A stretch of DNA of 53,843 bases from Gammaproteobacteria bacterium (GTDB lineage: Bacteria; Pseudomonadota; Gammaproteobacteria; Steroidobacterales; Steroidobacteraceae). The notes beneath the pieces were generated by a model. It worked only from the letters and a program-made list of their open reading frames with translations. It searched no databases and was not told the DNA's origin. Location of the stretch: NCBI GenBank assembly GCA_027451085.1, contig DAIDKA010000237.1, positions 1 through 53,843 of the forward strand, read 5' to 3'. The translations under genes and the position numbers were made by a program. Numbering within the stretch: the first letter of the stretch is position 1; every line of letters starts with the position of its first letter. Shown here piece by piece: positions 52,562 to 53,843 of the stretch.

Positions 52562-53843
52562 CGCGGCGATCAGCTCAGACAGCGAGCTGATCGGCGCGCA
52601 GCAGCTGCCGCCTTCGCAGACATAGGCGACGGCCTCGCCGCGGGGCGCCTTGTCGGCCAGCGCGGGTGGCAGGCCGGTGGCGTCTGCTGCAATGGTGAGC
52701 AGCAGGCGGCGTGGCGCGTACAGGCGCGCCAGCTGGTTGCGCCAGCCTTCGATCACGCGGGCATCGCCGCGCAGGATGACGGTCTGCGGGGGGTGGAGCG
52801 TTTCCTCCAGCGCGGACAGCAGGGTGACATGAGCCTGCGGGTTGTCATGCATGCCGGTCCAGCCGGCGCGCAGCGTGCGTTCGGCGGCATCGAGATAACG
52901 CGTCTCGCCCAGCAGATGTCCCAGGCGCTGCAGCACGAAGGCGGCGATGGCGTTGCCGGAGGGGATCGCGTCATCGCCAAAGCTCTTCGTGCGGTGGATC
53001 AGCTGCTCGTGATCGTCGGCGGTGAAGAAAAACCCGCCGTTGTCGCGGTCCTCGAAGTGTTCGAGCAGCACGTCCAGCAACTGCCGCGCGAAGTCGAGTT
53101 CGATCGGCTCGAAGCGCAGCTGCTGCAACTCCAGGATGGCGTCGGCGAGATAGGCGTAGTCGTCGAGGTAGGCGGGCAGACGGGCGTCCACGCCGCTGGC
53201 GGTGGCCAGCAGGCGTGCGTTGCGCCATAGATGCCTGCGGATGAAATCCAGCGCGCCGGTGGCGGCCCGTTCCAGGTCTGTGCGCCCGAGGCTGCGCGCT
53301 GCGATCGCCAGGCCCCGGATCATCAGCGCGTTCCACGAGGTCAACACCTTGTCGTCGAGCCCCGGGCGCACGCGCGCGCCGCGCGCCGCAAGCAGCTTTG
53401 CGCGCGCGGAATCGATGAGCGTCCGGGCGTCGGGCAGCTCCCGGCCGGCAAGCGCAGCGGCGTCATCGAGGCCGCGGGTCACGCGCAGGTGCCAGCGACC
53501 CTCGAAGTTGGCCGGGCCGTCGAGGCCGAAGCGGGGCGCAAACACGGCGTATTCATCGGCCGTGAGCAGGGCGCGCACTTCGTCCGGGGTCCAGACGTAG
53601 AACCTGCCCTCGTGTCCCTCCGAGTCCGCGTCGAGACTGCTGTGGAAGGCGCCGGCGGGCGAATGCATCTCGCGCAGCGCCCAGTCGGCGATGCGGCCGG
53701 CGACTTCGGCATAGTAGCCGTCGCCGGTGGCCAGGGCGGCCTGTGCGTAGGTGGCCAGCAGCGCGCCGTTGTCGTACAGCATCTTCTCGAAATGCGGGAT
53801 CATCCACACCGCGTCCACCGAGTAGCGGCAGAAGCCGCCGCCC
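52550..53843 (-). CDS. Thioredoxin-domain (DUF255) / six-hairpin-glycosidase-like protein, YyaL type; N-terminus lies outside the window
   Basis: The frame stays open to the window edge (GGFCRYSVDAVWMIPHFEKMLYDNGALL, a family hallmark). The C-terminus is AYVCEGGSCCAPISSL. It overlaps the convergent ACAD-like gene by 12 nt. Confidence 0.8.
   Translation of the reverse strand, partial: GGGFCRYSVDAVWMIPHFEKMLYDNGALLATYAQAALATGDGYYAEVAGRIADWALREMHSPAGAFHSSLDADSEGHEGRFYVWTPDEVRALLTADEYAVFAPRFGLDGPANFEGRWHLRVTRGLDDAAALAGRELPDARTLIDSARAKLLAARGARVRPGLDDKVLTSWNALMIRGLAIAARSLGRTDLERAATGALDFIRRHLWRNARLLATASGVDARLPAYLDDYAYLADAILELQQLRFEPIELDFARQLLDVLLEHFEDRDNGGFFFTADDHEQLIHRTKSFGDDAIPSGNAIAAFVLQRLGHLLGETRYLDAAERTLRAGWTGMHDNPQAHVTLLSALEETLHPPQTVILRGDARVIEGWRNQLARLYAPRRLLLTIAADATGLPPALADKAPRGEAVAYVCEGGSCCAPISSLSELIAALRQ

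Noticed and set aside
1-53843. Mobile elements, prophage, defence islands and toxin-antitoxin pairs
   Set aside because: I recognised no integrase, transposase, recombinase, phage structural, restriction-modification, Cas or typical TA gene in any frame. Composition looks uniform, and the only mobility hint is the tRNA-like fragment at about 36.45 kb.

Overview
This is a high-GC, densely coding chromosomal segment. It is probably gammaproteobacterial (Xanthomonadales/Rhodanobacter-like), but that is inferred only from the gene repertoire. I call about 47 protein genes. I found no rRNA, intact tRNA, CRISPR array, transposase, integrase or phage genes, so most of the window looks like core chromosome.

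Gene content, left to right:
- The 3' end of the cyo ubiquinol oxidase operon (cyoB', cyoC, cyoD), then trmO.
- A Cys-rich DUF3109-like gene, two SDRs, a quinohemoprotein PQQ alcohol dehydrogenase, a Tat-signal dienelactone hydrolase and glsB.
- An ABC-2 exporter operon with an extra secreted protein.
- A second PQQ/heme-c dehydrogenase with the domain order reversed.
- An envelope-type locus: a low-complexity S/T/G-rich protein, an OmpR-type response regulator, a histidine kinase and a DegP/Q protease, divergent from PBP4 (dacB).
- ybjQ, a TMEM175-type K+ channel, yciI and rmuC.
- A MoaF-like tandem-domain protein followed by a small Tat-signal protein.
- A fully exported DUF1592 / DUF1552 / ankyrin / MBL-fold module.
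- RidA, a CWC Cys-rich protein and an amidohydrolase, then folD, def, yebC, a fatty-acid desaturase, AcvB/VirJ and lhr.
- opgG, opgH, carbonic anhydrase, panB and opgD.
- An FKBP isomerase, an aromatic/aspartate aminotransferase, an ACAD-like flavoprotein and a partial DUF255 thioredoxin-domain protein.

The best candidates for an undescribed system are:
1. The tightly coupled, all-periplasmic four-gene module at 24.7-31.1 kb.
2. The divergent MoaF-like plus Tat-signal pair at 22.2-24.5 kb.
3. The nearly uncharged, harpin-like S/T-rich protein that heads the two-component/DegQ operon at 17.0-17.7 kb.

All family names come from motif recognition by eye. No database search was run. Start codons are best guesses, and many long ORFs in the track are antisense artefacts typical of high-GC DNA.
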